Below, one piece after another: positions 21,855 to 35,138 of a stretch of DNA of 64,000 nt (positions are counted from its first letter, which is position 1; each line of letters starts with the position of its first letter). Below the pieces are notes generated by a model. That model made no database searches and was not told the DNA's origin. It was given only the letters and a program-made list of their open reading frames with translations. The DNA lies in NCBI GenBank assembly GCA_026023565.1, contig JAPETS010000024.1, positions 310,001 to 374,000 on the forward strand. Reading direction: 5' to 3'. The stretch comes from Cirrosporium novae-zelandiae. Lineage: Eukaryota. The translations under genes were made by a program, and so were the position numbers.

Positions 21855-24800
21855 TCAATTCAACTCGTCTTCACTATCCGAATCATCCTCGAAGACCATC
21901 CGTCGTATGAGGTTCTTATGATCGAACGAATTGACGAGAAATCTTCGGACTGGTAGACGCATATGCTGATTTTCTAGTATTAACAATACCTTCTCGAAAA
22001 GATTCCGCCGCTGGAAGAGCTCGGGCCTTCTGGTTTTCACGCTGGTCGCTGTGTTAGCGATTTGCTCCATGCATCAAGGGGATAATTAAAATATAGAAAA
22101 AAAGAACATACGCGTGTATATCGCTAGCAGCTTTCTTGGTCAATACAGCATTTCCAAGATCCACAACCCAACCAAGGATTTTCAAGACAACGGGATCATT
22201 ATCACACAATGCCTCTTTGACCCTTTCAGCTGAGATATATTCAACCGTTTGTCTATGTGACGAAGTTTTCCAGGACTGTATCTGTAAGATACATTAGCTC
22301 GTGTTAGGTAAATACCATGACCCGACACCACTTACCGACAGAAATTCTTCCAAGTTTGAAGGAATGCATAAGCCCAAGGATCTACCCATCCCATCGGTAG
22401 GCGTGTCCCAACCACATTCGGCCAACATCTCCAACCCATGGAGACTTCTCGAGATTAGCCCTAGAGTGAAAAAAGCAGTCCCTTTTAGGGACATGATAGT
22501 GGATTCCCTCGCAATCTTTACCATCCACTGCACCACATCTGTTTCCTCCAGGAAAGTGGCACCTAGGTCCATCGATCCAACATTGCCGACCGCCCAGAGA
22601 CATCCTTTAACCTTCATAACCATTTCCGGATCTTCATCGCTCATCTCATAATCGCGGATTATAGACGCAAATTCATAGAAATGTCCCGAGTCTTGAAGAA
22701 GTTTGCAGCCTTCGGTTGTTCGAGTAAGTTCGCGGTAGAAATGCGGAGGAACGGTGCCTTGACCTTGAACATCAGTCACCTCCTCTAGGCTGAAGCGGGA
22801 CCGAGAAGGTCGGTCGGTGTACGCGCGTGCAATTGACGCCTCCACTAGCGTCACATAAGTATCGTTGCGACCAAGGAACCAGTCATCCATTTCTTGCGTG
22901 ATATAGTCCAGGCCAGCCAAATAATGGTAACCGACCGAAGTCGAAAGGAATCGGAGAAGTAGTGGTGCTCCGATTTCACCCAGGTGATCAAGCGCAGGCC
23001 GACAACGGACAACATATTCCAAATGGCTTTTCTCGTTACAAGCTTCTTCTAGGATCTTGACAGCAACTTCACAGACCTCAACTTCAGGATCATAAAGCTG
23101 AGTGACCAATAAGCTAAGTGCCCACTGCACATTTGCAACATCACCTGTGAATGGCTCTTGAGCTCTTGGATCCCTAACAACATATTTGCGAAGAAGTCTG
23201 GTAGAATAGATGCGATTCTCTTTCGAACATGCTGTAAGGGCTTTAGATAGCATTACTCTGAGATGCCCATCAATACTAAAGTCCATATTCCCCAAAAGGG
23301 CTTGGATGAGATCATCACGGGCACTAAGCTCGATTATATGATAAAACATATTGATCATGTGCCATTTTTCGAATATCGCAAGGCCATTTGAATCACTACT
23401 TAAAACACCAATTATGGTGAAATAGCCACCGGTAAGAGTTTCGGACATTCTTTCTGGAGAGAATATGGGAGAAGCAGAGGTTAATCCACTCATCCGGTCG
23501 AGTTGGGCCAGGCATTCTGCTAATTGCCTGACGAGTTTGTTGTCCATTAGATATCGAACACCTTCTGGGTTGGTCATTAAAGTCCGCATTAGTGCACATC
23601 CGGTTCGTACATAACGCTGGTTCGGTTTGGTATTTCTAATTTCAGAAAACCTGTATTTGAAAGGCCGGTAGAATCCGACAAGGCGTTTGATAAACTTGGT
23701 AGCCTTCATAGCCTCTTCAAGCCGTTTAGGATTTGTTAAAGGACCTTCAATTAAGCCATGAATAAGATCCCATTTCCATTTAAGGTAGTTGACCGTATTT
23801 AATACTTGACTCTCTAAGATAAGAGTCCGGAATTGGGTCTCATCCATCGTAGGCCCAAGTTTGGATTTGGCAACGTCGACAGCCGCTGGATTTAGAGAAT
23901 CTTCAAAATTAGTGCTTTTGAAGCTTTCGCCGTAGGTACCAGACGAGTTATTTGTCCGACGTAACGTGCGGCTAATACTGTCAATCTGATATACTGTAAT
24001 TCCTGCTAAACTCCAATTGGGGGATTCAAGTTCAAACGCAGTTTGGAATAATTCTGGCAGCACTTGAATTTTGGAGCTCAGAGCGGTAGGCAACGTTTGG
24101 CTTGCTAGTTTTAGGGCTTCGGTAAGGAGAAGAGTCGCCTTTCTCCTGTGAGCAGCGTCTTCAGCGCTTTCTATCAGATCGCGCAAAGCTTCAACCAAGC
24201 CAGATTTCAGAAGAATTGCAAGAATTAGTGCTGTAAAATGGGCTGTGAGGTCAATTTTGCTGTTGTCGGCGCCAGCGTCGGAAACAGAGGGTGCACGGGG
24301 TCTATCTGCCTTGAACTGTGCCACTCGTCCATAGGTTGTAAGCCTTCGACCCGCGAGGAATGAAGAGGACCACGAAGGAGGTTTTATTCGTAGAATGTCA
24401 AAAAGAAGTTCCAAAATGAGATCTTGTGCGTGAAGAGAGGGGTATGATAGTGATTGGAGAAGGGACCTGATGGCACTGAATCTATTGGAGGCCAAGGAGA
24501 TAAGACCTGGCCATGTTTTTAGAATAGCAGCGATTGCCTTTGCATTGGATCTTAGCCTCTCCTCGTGGGAGTGCATCACAAGGGCGTCGGTAAAGGGTGC
24601 AAAAACAGCCTCCAGTTCATGGCCGGATTCCAAGTACTTTCTCCTTGAGGGCGTATCCATAATATACAAGAATATTCCAGCTAAGCTCTCGGCCCCTTGA
24701 TAAGTTCCATCGGATAGTGCATCATTCAGAGGACCCATACCTCCTGCAGAGACAACCGATTGAGGATGTTTGACGAATATTTCTGAAAGCGTCAAGATAC

Positions 24801-25866
24801 ACATCGGTCTTAAACGGTCTTCGTGGTGTTCAGCAATCGCAATTATGGTTCGGAGGATCCCCTTTGAGATTTCCCTTACGCCATCTTTGACCTCAAGAAA
24901 TGCTCTGACGAATTTCAGAGCCTGTTCACGTTCCATGGCAGCCTTGCTGTCTTTTACCAAAGATAATATGACGATTTCGTCAGTATGCAGACTTCGAATA
25001 ACTCGAAGAGATTTGATGTCGGCAATTGCGTATCTTGTTAATCTATATCCGGCGGCAGCGACTTCCTTACTATCGTTCAGAAGCATTGTCTGAACACGGA
25101 GGCCAAAAACCGACCAGACCAGATCATATTTCAAGGTTGGATGCCTCTTGAAAAGCTCTACCAGATTATTCGCCCGTTCCACATAATAATCCGGTTGCAT
25201 TCCCTCGGCTTCGAGGGCTTGTAGCGTCTCTTCGAGCACATAGGTAGGTGATTCGGATGGGTTTTCACCGTCGAGAGCAATCTCATTTGCATCATCATTC
25301 CTTGAAGGTTCTCTCAAGGGACTACCTCGAAACAAGCCTGTTAGCCGATTTCGGGGAGGTGTTGATGGGACTTTGGACCGCTGGATTTCCTCTTCAAGTT
25401 GTGATCGCAACTCTGCGATCTTGCGATTTGACGAATTGAGTTCCGAATCAACTCGAAGCCTTTGCTCTCTCGTTTGTTTTGGATTCTTTGATTGGAGGGC
25501 TTCTAACATATTCTCAGACCCAGTCTTAATCTTCAATTCCTTGGCTATCAAATCGCGGATTTCCTCTTGTTTCCTCTCCGACGTAGTTATATAGTCCTCC
25601 CCATCTTCCTCCACTGCAACCGGCGCCATGAAATCTGGTCTTGGGGTAATGCTCCTTGAGGATATTGTACTTTTGAGCTCAGTACTGAAGCTACCTGGCC
25701 CGGGGCCAATGGTAGCAGGAGACGCGCCACGAACGGCGCTCGAATTTGAGTAAGACCGGCCATCTTTTCCGAATCGATAGGCGGGGTATAAGGTAGAATT
25801 TCCTCCTTCAGAGGCCGTGGCCCGTACCGGCGTCACCGACGAATCCGGGCCACTAGAGGGCGCCAT
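21855..25866 (-). CDS. avo3: TORC2 subunit Rictor (Avo3/Tsc11/Ste20)
   Basis: The 1190-aa first exon has an HR1 region (KELKIKTGSENMLEAL), EREQALKFVRAF, FYRPFKYRFS, PPHFYREL and KGCLWAVGNVGS..KGTAFFTLGLIS. Two short 3' exons end LPVRRFLVNSFD..DELN*. Confidence 0.95.
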
Positions 25867-26803
25867 GGAGCTCCATACATCAGGAATTGAGCGCAGTCTA
25901 CCTCCTCGGTCGATTATATTTTTATGGTATAGAAAGTCGCATTGGCGGGCATTCTAGAGAGGTTAAGCGGACGATGGGATTCCTTGAAGTTAGTCGTTTT
26001 GATTGATGTATCGACAAGGCCGAGGTATGTAAATAGGTGGTCAACTCGTATGGATGGAGAAGGATAAGCTCTAGGATCATACATTCATTGTAAGCGAAGC
26101 TCAAAGTCAACAAGTCTTACAGCTGAAGAGAACGACAGTGATGATTTTTGGCACTGGGGGTTCCGTATTTGATGATGAAGTTGTTTGGGCAGTCCATTTT
26201 AGCTTAGAGATCTCCAAGTTGTTAAAGTCCCAAGCGAACCACTTCCCAGTCTGGCAAGGACTATTCTCGTACAGTATAGTCCAACAAAGCTCAGACTGGG
26301 ATTGATTGGTTAGAGCTGAAGGGTTACTTATAAGTTATACCTAGGTAGGTAGGATACGGTGTATGAAGATATATTTTTAATAGTCAATTTACAATTAGAT
26401 ATCTATTTAGGTACAGTACACTACTTCTTCTCAAGAAGCTAGTCTAATTGATCAAATAGAAAAGAGAAAAAAAGAAAAGAAAAAAGAAGAAGAAGAATAT
26501 CTGTAAAAGCACCGACAGCCTCCGGGTCTCGAACCATCAAAGAGGTGATTTTAAGTAAGCTGGGAGAAGGAGAAACTGTTACTACAGTTATTTAGTTTTG
26601 GGTCTTTGGGGGTCAGAAGCAGCCTAATCGTCAAAGTTTCCCAAGTCTCCCAGGCCTCCCAGGCCTCCCAGTCCCCAAGACCCCAAGACCCCAAGGCTCC
26701 AAATGTCCACCCTTCCCCTCAGTTTTCGCCTTTACAGTTCCCCCGTGATTCTTTGGGCACAACCAACTGAATCAACAGGATCAACTGAAACCAAAACACC
26801 TTA

Positions 26804-26932
26804 CCGGAGCCCGCCGATGGCATAAAACTTCAGGCAAACCTTTGTCGATAACTCGATTAAAATTGATAAAATCTCGATAAGCAAGGGCCAGTAACAATGA
26901 AATGTTTTCCCTTGATTATCCAGCTTTTATCA
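26804..26932 (+). promoter_or_regulatory. UaY/Ppr1-type CGG-N6-CCG site plus clustered HGATAR (AreA-type) boxes upstream of uricase
   Basis: CCGGAGCCCGCCGA at 26804-26817, one mismatch from TCGG-N6-CCGA. CGATAA at 26846, TGATAA at 26864, CGATAA at 26875 and TTATCA at 26927. TATAAAAG at 27131. Confidence 0.6.
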
Positions 26933-27283
26933 GCAAGACCCTAAGTTCTTGGTCTTTCCCTCTTAAAGTCGCAATATGACCATAGAAAGCAACCACAGAG
27001 TGACTACACAATGCGATGCCGGCGTCAGCAAGTGTCATGGACCTCACTCCTTCCAAGATTCCTAATGCTGCCCCGCCATCACCACGGACCGGTTCAACTT
27101 TTGTGCAGATAGTGGAAGCTTGAAGTCCTCTATAAAAGGCAACCATAGTCCCTTTGTGAAAGACCCTTTTCTTAAGCACCATCTCTCCTCTCAAACTTTG
27201 ATATCCTCTTTAGAACATCTCAACTCCTCACTCAATCTCCACACACTTCTAACCATCAAGTTCAAGCTGATAGTATATCAACC

Positions 27284-28303
27284 ATGGCTTCCAAAGTCTC
27301 GTATGCTCGCTATGGAAAGGACAATGTCCGTGTTTACAAAGTCCATCGGAATGAGGATGGAACTCAAGATGTCTGTGAAATGACTATTACCGTACTTCTG
27401 GAGGGTGATGTTGAGACATCGTACGCTGATCCAGTAATTACTCTCCGTTGAGCTGCCACTGACTATGTCATAGCTACACCGAGGCGGACAACAGTGTTGT
27501 GGTTGCAACCGACACTATGAAAAATACTGTCTATATCTTGGCGAAGCAGAACCCAGTTATCCCACCTGAGTTCTTTGCGGCTACCATTGGCACCCATTTT
27601 ATTGAGACGTACAAGCATATTCATGCGGCGCACGTCAAGATTGTTACCCACCGATGGACTAGGATGGTGATTGACGGGAAACCACATCCCCATTCTTTTC
27701 TCCGGGACGGTGCCGAGACCAGGAATGTTGAGGCTGTCATCAAGGAGGGTCAAGGAATTACAATTCGTTCTGCCATTCAAGATTTGCTTGTACTGAAAAG
27801 TACCGGCTCCATGTTTTATGGATTCCACCGGGATGAATACACAACATTGAAGGAGACACATGACCGCATTCTCAGTACCTCAGTTGACGCCCATTGGCAA
27901 TGGAAACTATTCAGCAGTCTTGATGCAGTTAAGGAATCTATCCCTAAATTTGACGACGCCTTCGAAAAAGCAAGAGGAATTACCATCAAGTTGTTTGCCG
28001 AGCAAGAGAGTCCAAGCGTGCAGAACACCATGTATTTGATGTGCGACCAGATTTTAGCGGCCGTGCCAGACGTTGAGTCTGTGGATTATTCACTCCCAAA
28101 CAAGCATTACTTCGAAATCGGTTAGTCCCTGAATCCCCTGATTTTTCATGACCCTAGCTAATATCCCTCTAGATTTGAGCTGGCACAAGGGTCTCAAGAA
28201 CACTGGCAAGGACGCAGAAGTATATGCGCCTCAATCAAACCCCAACGGGCTGATCCAATGCACAGTAACTCGAGCAGAAAAGGAAGAAAAGGAAGCGAAA
28301 TGA
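27284..28303 (+). CDS. uaZ: Uricase (urate oxidase), 2 introns
   Basis: RYGKDNVRVYKV, YTEADNSVVVATDTMKNT, VLKSTGSMF, DRILST, SPSVQNTMY, LPNKHYFEIDL and APQSNPNGLI. Stop TGA at 28301-28303. Confidence 0.97.
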
Positions 28304-28453
28304 GGATCAAAGTTGGCCTAAACCTGGAAGTTTTCCTGGCTTTGAAAATAGCCAAATTCCAAGAAGATAAACTGTACATAGTAGCCCTGTAATAGCAATA
28401 TTTCAACATGTTATGACCCCAAAGCCTAAACTCCCGTAATGCCATTGACCATA

Positions 28454-29074
28454 CTATTGTATATTCTGCTGCTCAAATTGTGCTTTTACTTTGGGTATGT
28501 CGGCCATCCTCGTTCTTCCTGGGAACTTTATTATGTTCTCTTTGTATGGATGCGCTGTACCTTCAAAGACTGGTTGTGGCCTAGCCATCAGTATTGAAAT
28601 TACTCAAGAAAAAGAACTGACTACTCTTACCCTTCAGGCGCTCCAGTCTTGGATCCCTCAGCCTGTTTTTTGGCAACATTCCATTAACAGCTCTTTTTAA
28701 GATCTCTCCACCACCCCATTTCGCAATCATTTTGTCCATGCTGAGACTTTTCAGTGATCCCGGTCTAGTAGTCTGTTTGTAATATAATTTTTGAAAGCGC
28801 TTCTTGCCAGTAGTATGAAGATTTTGGCAGCCGGTTACAACGACATAATCACCACAGTCGGTCGAGGGATCCCATATCGGCTTGTTTTTTCCCATGAGCA
28901 CAACAGCAATTGCACTGGCGAGACGTCCAAGTGGTCGTTGGTCTTTAGTAAGATCGATATGGTGCCATACTCTAGAATAGGCCAGGCGGGTCTGGACAAA
29001 TGGTTAATTTAAGATGCTGATTTGGAATACTGGGGGGATAATGCAAGAAATACCTTGCCGATTGTTTGAGACAT
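28454..29074 (-). CDS. MRPL23: Mitochondrial ribosomal protein uL13m
   Basis: [65 protein letters not shown]..|VFEGTAHPY. Two introns. Confidence 0.95.
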
Positions 29075-29377
29075 TTTAACAGACTACACCACACCGATCA
29101 ATGGGGCATTGACTGGTCTAGAGGAGTAGAGATGTTGAGCTTCTTTGGAGTTTGCGGAAGAGAGTACGGAAGGCTATTCTTTTTCCAAAGTCCGAAGTCG
29201 AGGTCGTGATGCCGACACGGAAAGATCCGTCGCCCTTTGTCATTTCAAATCAAACCCCACCATCTCCAAATACTTATAAGAGCAGATCGAGAAGAGGAAA
29301 ATGTATTCTACAATTAATGCCTATTTATTGCTTGCATTAGCAAATATCTTCCCAAGTCTAGGCCTTTATTCCTGACA

Positions 29378-30283
29378 ATGACTATTACTCCATTCCAAGT
29401 ATATCAGATTCTGCACCTTTCCGATTTTGCTATTAACGTTATTCTAGACCACCTTCGCGGTCCCCCTCCATTGCGATGGCTGCGTGAAAGATGTGACAGG
29501 TGCCCTTGATAAACTAAATGGTGTGTAACCCCCTTTTCTATCTTCATAACTACAGAGGGCTTATTCTTCCTAGGTATCACCAAAATTGAGGCCAATATTA
29601 AAGACCAGATGATTTCAGTTGAGGGTACTGCTGCACCATCCGCCATTGTAGCTGCCATCCAAAGTACTGGTAGAGATGCCATCCTTAGAGGTAGCGGGAG
29701 CGGCGAGCGTAAGTCGTGATGTTTATCTTAACCGCGTTTGCAAACCCAGCTTACGACCCATGTATATACAGATGCCGCAGTATGCATCCTTGAAACACAC
29801 TCTACAACTGTCTCCAACAAAATTCGTGGTCTGGTTCGTATGGTCCAGGTCTCTCCCGCACTCACAGTCTTCGATTGGTCAATCAAGGGCCTATCTCCAG
29901 GAACATACCACGCCTCGGTGCGAGAATGCGGGGACATATCACAAGGCGCAGTTTCTACTGGTGGCATGTGGGAAGCCTTAAAGTCTAAGATATCCGGTGA
30001 GGCTGCGAGACCCCGGGGCTATTTCGGCCCCATCACAATCAACGAACGCGGTGTTGGAGCCACCTTTGCCGAAAAACCTATTCAAGTATGGGAGTTGATT
30101 GGCAGGTCAATGGTAGTCTCTAAGATGGAGGATGGCCCATTTAAGACAGAGGATCCCGACACTTTGGTTGGCGTGATCGCTAGAAGTGCTGGAGTATGGG
30201 ACAACGATAAGCAGGTTTGTTCATGTTCTGGAAAGAATGTATGGCAAGAGAGAGAGGAACAAGTTGGCAGGGGCATGCTATGA
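29378..30283 (+). CDS. CCS1: Copper chaperone for superoxide dismutase
   Basis: HMA domain (FAVPLHCDGC), a SOD-like domain (GLVRMVQV, GDISQGAVSTG) and the C-terminal GVIARSAGVWDNDKQVCSCSGK with CxC. Three introns. Confidence 0.95.
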
Positions 30284-32750
30284 GAAGATCAGCAAAATAT
30301 ACTCCATTTTGCCCGATGACGAGCAGCCATCATCACTCTGAACGGTAGGTGGAGTCCCCGCGGAAACCCTCAAGCGTTGAGGCCTGACCACAACGGGTTA
30401 TTGCAAATCACTCTAAGATAATATCTGGAGGCTGGCTGAGATCCAGATACCCGGTAAATTCATGCAACTTGATTATTAAAACTCCCTGCATGGCCTTTAA
30501 AGCCCTAGGTTCCCACCAAGTTATTGGCACATGCTGTGAACCATTGGCACTATCTATATGCAGGCTTCCACCATCAGACCATTTTTACTGTATAATTCCC
30601 TTGGCCTTTTTCTATTTTTTATGACGTCTTATCATGGGAACTTGCGATTTCTTGTGTGTAGCTATGTAATGGCTATAGGGGTATTTCAATCCCTTGACAT
30701 CATCTCCTGCGGAAATTTTCGGAGCTGGTCTTGACTATGTTGTAAAGTAACCATTATAACCCCCTGTTCTCATCACTTTTTCAGTATTTTGCTAGTATAT
30801 CAAGCTTATCATATTCCTTACATAGTAGGGATTTTATCTCTCTTCAACACCCCTTTTTCTCATTATAGTGAATGACATGTACTTTCAATCATATGGCAAT
30901 GTCCACCATAACCTGAAGGTGACATGCGGACAATAAAATGAATCGTCATCATCGTCATCATCAATCATCTGGGCTTCTGGATTGTCCAAAAAGCGCTCTG
31001 AAGCATGGATAATAGCATCCTACACACAACAGACGGATGTCGCTTTCCCCAGCAAACACAAACCATCTTATGCTATGTCTTGTTACGATTACGCTTTTGC
31101 CATTATTATAGATACTTTTTCCACAATATCATCCCTTCTCCCAAGTTTATAGTCTCAAGCGCAACAACAGCAGCAGCACCTCCTTGTATTGCCATTTCTC
31201 CTTATCCTCCTCCTTCAACCCCTAATTGCCAACCCAGACACCAATTCCATTTCCCAGACGAAATCTATAAACCGTTACCAAACAACTCACAAGCAATAGC
31301 CAAAAAAAACCCCTAGATGCCAACATGCACAGTCCCCCTCACTACTGCATACAATAACCATCCTTCAAACCCCAGTACTCAGCATTAACAAATACGAAAC
31401 AAAACCAAAAAAAACACTAATTTATATCCACATAGAAAGTACAATATATATATACACGTCAAACTCCCCAATACAGGAGATTTTCAGCTCTTTTTATCCT
31501 GCATCCATTCATCATCACTTCAAAACATAGAACATAAAACACGGAACCTACCAAACCTACCAGACCAGCCTCCTTGGGCTCCTTCGAAATACTCCATAGT
31601 ATGGCTCAGCTGAGCACAGCATAGTATAATATATGAAAGTAAGGAATAATGAAATCCACAAAAAATCATCAGGGTTTTTTTTCTTCCCCCCTTACCTTAC
31701 CCTAAATATATAGACCATATGTATAGATACTATTAAGAAAAACCCTTTTCTGCTTTCTAAAGCAATACAAACATATAGTCTAGCTACTTAATGTGGATAT
31801 TACTTATCCATCCATTTACAGATAAATTCTACAGCTAAACCCTAAAACACCTGGATGGGAACAAAGGAAAAAGAAAAAGGAAAATAAAATAAACTTGCCC
31901 CCCTCTAACTAACATCCCTTCTAATATCCCAACATCTGATTCTTAGTAGATGAGCTAGAGACCATCAACTATAAAAAAAAAAAAAAAGTTGCGAGGTAAT
32001 AGGTAATAGTAATAATAATAGCCATAAAACCAAGCATCTCAACATATCATCTACCATCCCTACCCAGCTTATTTTTTTTTTGTTTTTTTGTTTTTTTTCA
32101 CACACACGCACCCCCCCAAGAAAAGAAAAATCCGACCTTGAAAGGTAAAATAAGTAAAATAAATAGGTGATTTACCTTGGATAGATATAGGTGAAGGATG
32201 AAAGAGTAAAGAAAACATGTATTGGTGTATTGGTGTATTGGTTGGAATATGGATATGTGCGTGTGTAAGTAGGGGGGTAGGTGATGTGAGAAGTTGGTAT
32301 GGGGGGTATGTAGGGAGGTATGTAGGTATGTAGGTGTTGAAACTACGCTATGGGGAATAGAAGGGGAGACCTAGAGGGGATGGATGAACACAGTAAGAAG
32401 CTTCATATAGGTATATATATATATACGACTACCTATTCCTATTCCTATCTATACTATAGCCCTAGTTGCTTAATTGCTCAATTACATAATTACACGACCT
32501 ACATGATTTACATACTATTCCTTCCCTCCTTTGCCTACTTATTTAACCCTTCCCTAATCTCTCTTCTTAACCCCCCCTTTCTCTATATATAGATAGATAT
32601 ATATTCATTGCTTATTACTTGTTATATTCCCCTCGTTTTATATTTTAGATTTATTTCATTAAAGTGAGTAAGTAAAGAAGTAAGTCAGTAAGCATAGACA
32701 CATATGAGAAAAAAAAAGGGGGGGAGGGAGGTAGGTAGGATTCTAGGAAC

Positions 32751-32801
32751 AAGAAGAAGAAGAAGAAGAAGAAGAAAAAGAAGAAGGAGGAGGAGGAGGA
32801 G
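32751..32801. repeat. (AAG)n/(GAG)n microsatellite
   Basis: Read directly. Confidence 0.9.
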
Positions 32802-33016
32802 GGGAAAGTGAAGGGGATATAGGAAGATGTGTGTGTGTTTGACTAAAGTGGTTTTGTATAAAATGTAGATTTGAAGTAAGGTGATATTTATTCTTGCAAT
32901 CAGTTTGATAGCTTCGTTTGTGATATATACCTATATAATATACCTCTCCGCACCATAATCCAACCCATCGAGATTATAATTCATACATCCCTCCTACCCT
33001 TACCCTCATCCCGAAA

Positions 33017-35138
33017 TCACCCCTCACACAACCCCAACACATCATCCGGCAATACCCACCCCTCCATAACATCACTCCTAACCTGCCACTGCATCAGCAA
33101 CCCCGCCTCCATATGCCAAACATTGTGACAATGAAACGCCCACATGCCCGGATTATCCAAGCGGAAGCGAATCAGCGTCCACCCGAACGCCTCCACCGTC
33201 AACGTATCCCTGCGCATCGGGTTCGTCGTGTCCAACTCGTCATACGATTCCCAGGGAAAGTACTGGAGGTCCGAGGAGCCGAGGACCCAGAAGTCGTGAC
33301 CGTGCAGGTGGAAGGGGTGGGAGCCGTCGTCGAAGTTTGTGATTAGCAGGTCAACTATTTGGGTTTTGGGAACGGAGATTACAAATTGGGTGGTGCTGTC
33401 GAAGGCGGGGGTGAGGCCGGCGGTGGAGAAGGTGGAGTTGTGGGAGTGGAGCCCTGCGACGGCGAGGTTGAGGGTGGGGGTTTTGGGGACCGTCCAGGAA
33501 GTTGAGTTGATGTAGCCGCGGTCGAGGGCGTAGGCGCCAATTTGGAAGGAGGTTTCGATTACGTAGAGGAGGTCTGCGGTGGGGGCCTTTTCTGGGGTTG
33601 AAGGGTGGAGGAGCGTGTAGTTTAGGTCTTGGCAGATTACGTCTTGGGCGTCTTTCCAGTCCGGGGACGCTAGGGGAAAGTCTGTAGTGTCGGTGTATGT
33701 AAGTAGGGCTTTGACGTCCGGGTCTAGGATTCTGTTTTTGGCGGAGAAGCAGTATGTGTTCATCTGCGCGCGGATCCAGTAGTTTGTTGCGGTTTGATTG
33801 GCGTGGAGGATGACCGAGTAGCGTTGGGCGACGCCAAATTCGACCCTGTGGACGGTGAGGGGCTCAACTAAGGTTCCGTCCGCTTCGATCACCGAGAGGG
33901 TGTGGTTGTCGATGGAGAATTGATAGGCGGTGAAGGCGCCGCCGTTGATGAGTCGGAGACGGTAGTGTTTGTTTTGCTCGACAACAAAGGTAGGGCGGAT
34001 GGAGTTGTCGTAGCAGGTGTATGCACTTTCGTTGTCGTAGGAAGAACAATCGAAGCTTAGTTGATTAGCTTGGATTTTAAGGTAAAAATATAGATATAGG
34101 GATTTACTAATTCGTTCCTTGGATTAGTCCGCTGTCTGGAACTGGTTCTGTGTTCTCGTTGCCGCTAGCTAGATAGCCAGGAAGCAAAGTGCTGCTCATG
34201 TCATGATACCAATCCTGGAGAAGAATGACCTGATCACCTTCGTAGCTGTATTTCTTTTGAGTTTCAACCTCCTCTGGTGCGTGTATTATGAATGGACCAA
34301 GGAGCCCATCCGTATACTGCGTGCCGGAATGAGAATGATACCAATAGGTGCCAAACTGGCTTTCAACCGTAAAATTGTATTGGAAGTGTCTTCCTGGAGG
34401 AATACCACACTGTGTAATTCCGCTTGTTCCATCCATCCAATTGGTACCATTTTGATATAAGCCATGCCAATGGACAGATGTCGACTCTGTTAGGTTGTTT
34501 GTGATATTGACCAGTACACGATCTCCGCGGTTGACTCGAATGAGGGGACCAGGGAATTGTCCGTTGATTGCAATAATCTTTCGAAGGACACCTATGACCG
34601 TCAGTTACTAGAGACAGGAACCACAAGCCATGGAATTATAAGCAGTTAGATATGCACGACCAGTAAAATAATTAGTCCAAGGGCTTTCAAATAATTATTT
34701 TGACCATGGTGACTAGCTATGGCTGATTTAGGTGGTTGAAATCAAGGATAGCGTACCATCAGGCGCAGCATCAATCTCACTGATGGTCCAGTTATACACT
34801 CTAGTGGTTGGTGCTGCATTGAAATCCCAAGTCGCAATATCAAGATTATATTCAAGGGTGCTTCTTCTCCATGACGGGACGGCCTTCGAGGCATGCGACT
34901 CGGCACGAGATTGGCCGCTTGAGCTTCCAGCAGTTCCCGAGGGTGAGTTATGATGTCCACCTCCCAGTCCCAGGCCTAACCCAGCGCCCAACCCAAGAGC
35001 GATCACAATGAAGCTTCCAACACCTAGGGCAACATACCAGGCCCATCTCCACTTCGATTTAGTTCTCGTGATGGGAATTTCATGCCCCTGGTCTTCCTCA
35101 GCATGGCCCATCCGCAGGGGATATTCAGAGCCACCCAT
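33017..35138 (-). CDS. Multicopper oxidase (laccase-like, AA1) with N-terminal membrane anchor
   Basis: All four copper motifs are present: SVHWHG, WYHSH, HPFHLHGH and HCHNVWHMEAGL. A TM segment WAWYVALGVGSFIVIALGLGAGLGLGL follows a short hydrophilic N-terminus. Two introns. Confidence 0.93.

Noticed and set aside
26525..26535. Pol III B-box GGTTCGAGACC on the minus strand, possible tRNA
   Set aside because: No A-box, T-stem pairing or cloverleaf.
30800..33000. Hidden gene or telomerase RNA in the long intergenic region
   Set aside because: Mostly homopolymers and simple repeats, with no TAACCCTAA template match seen.
29378..35138. Copper gene cluster of CCS1 and the multicopper oxidase
   Set aside because: Convergent genes 2.7 kb apart in different compartments, with no shared regulatory evidence.
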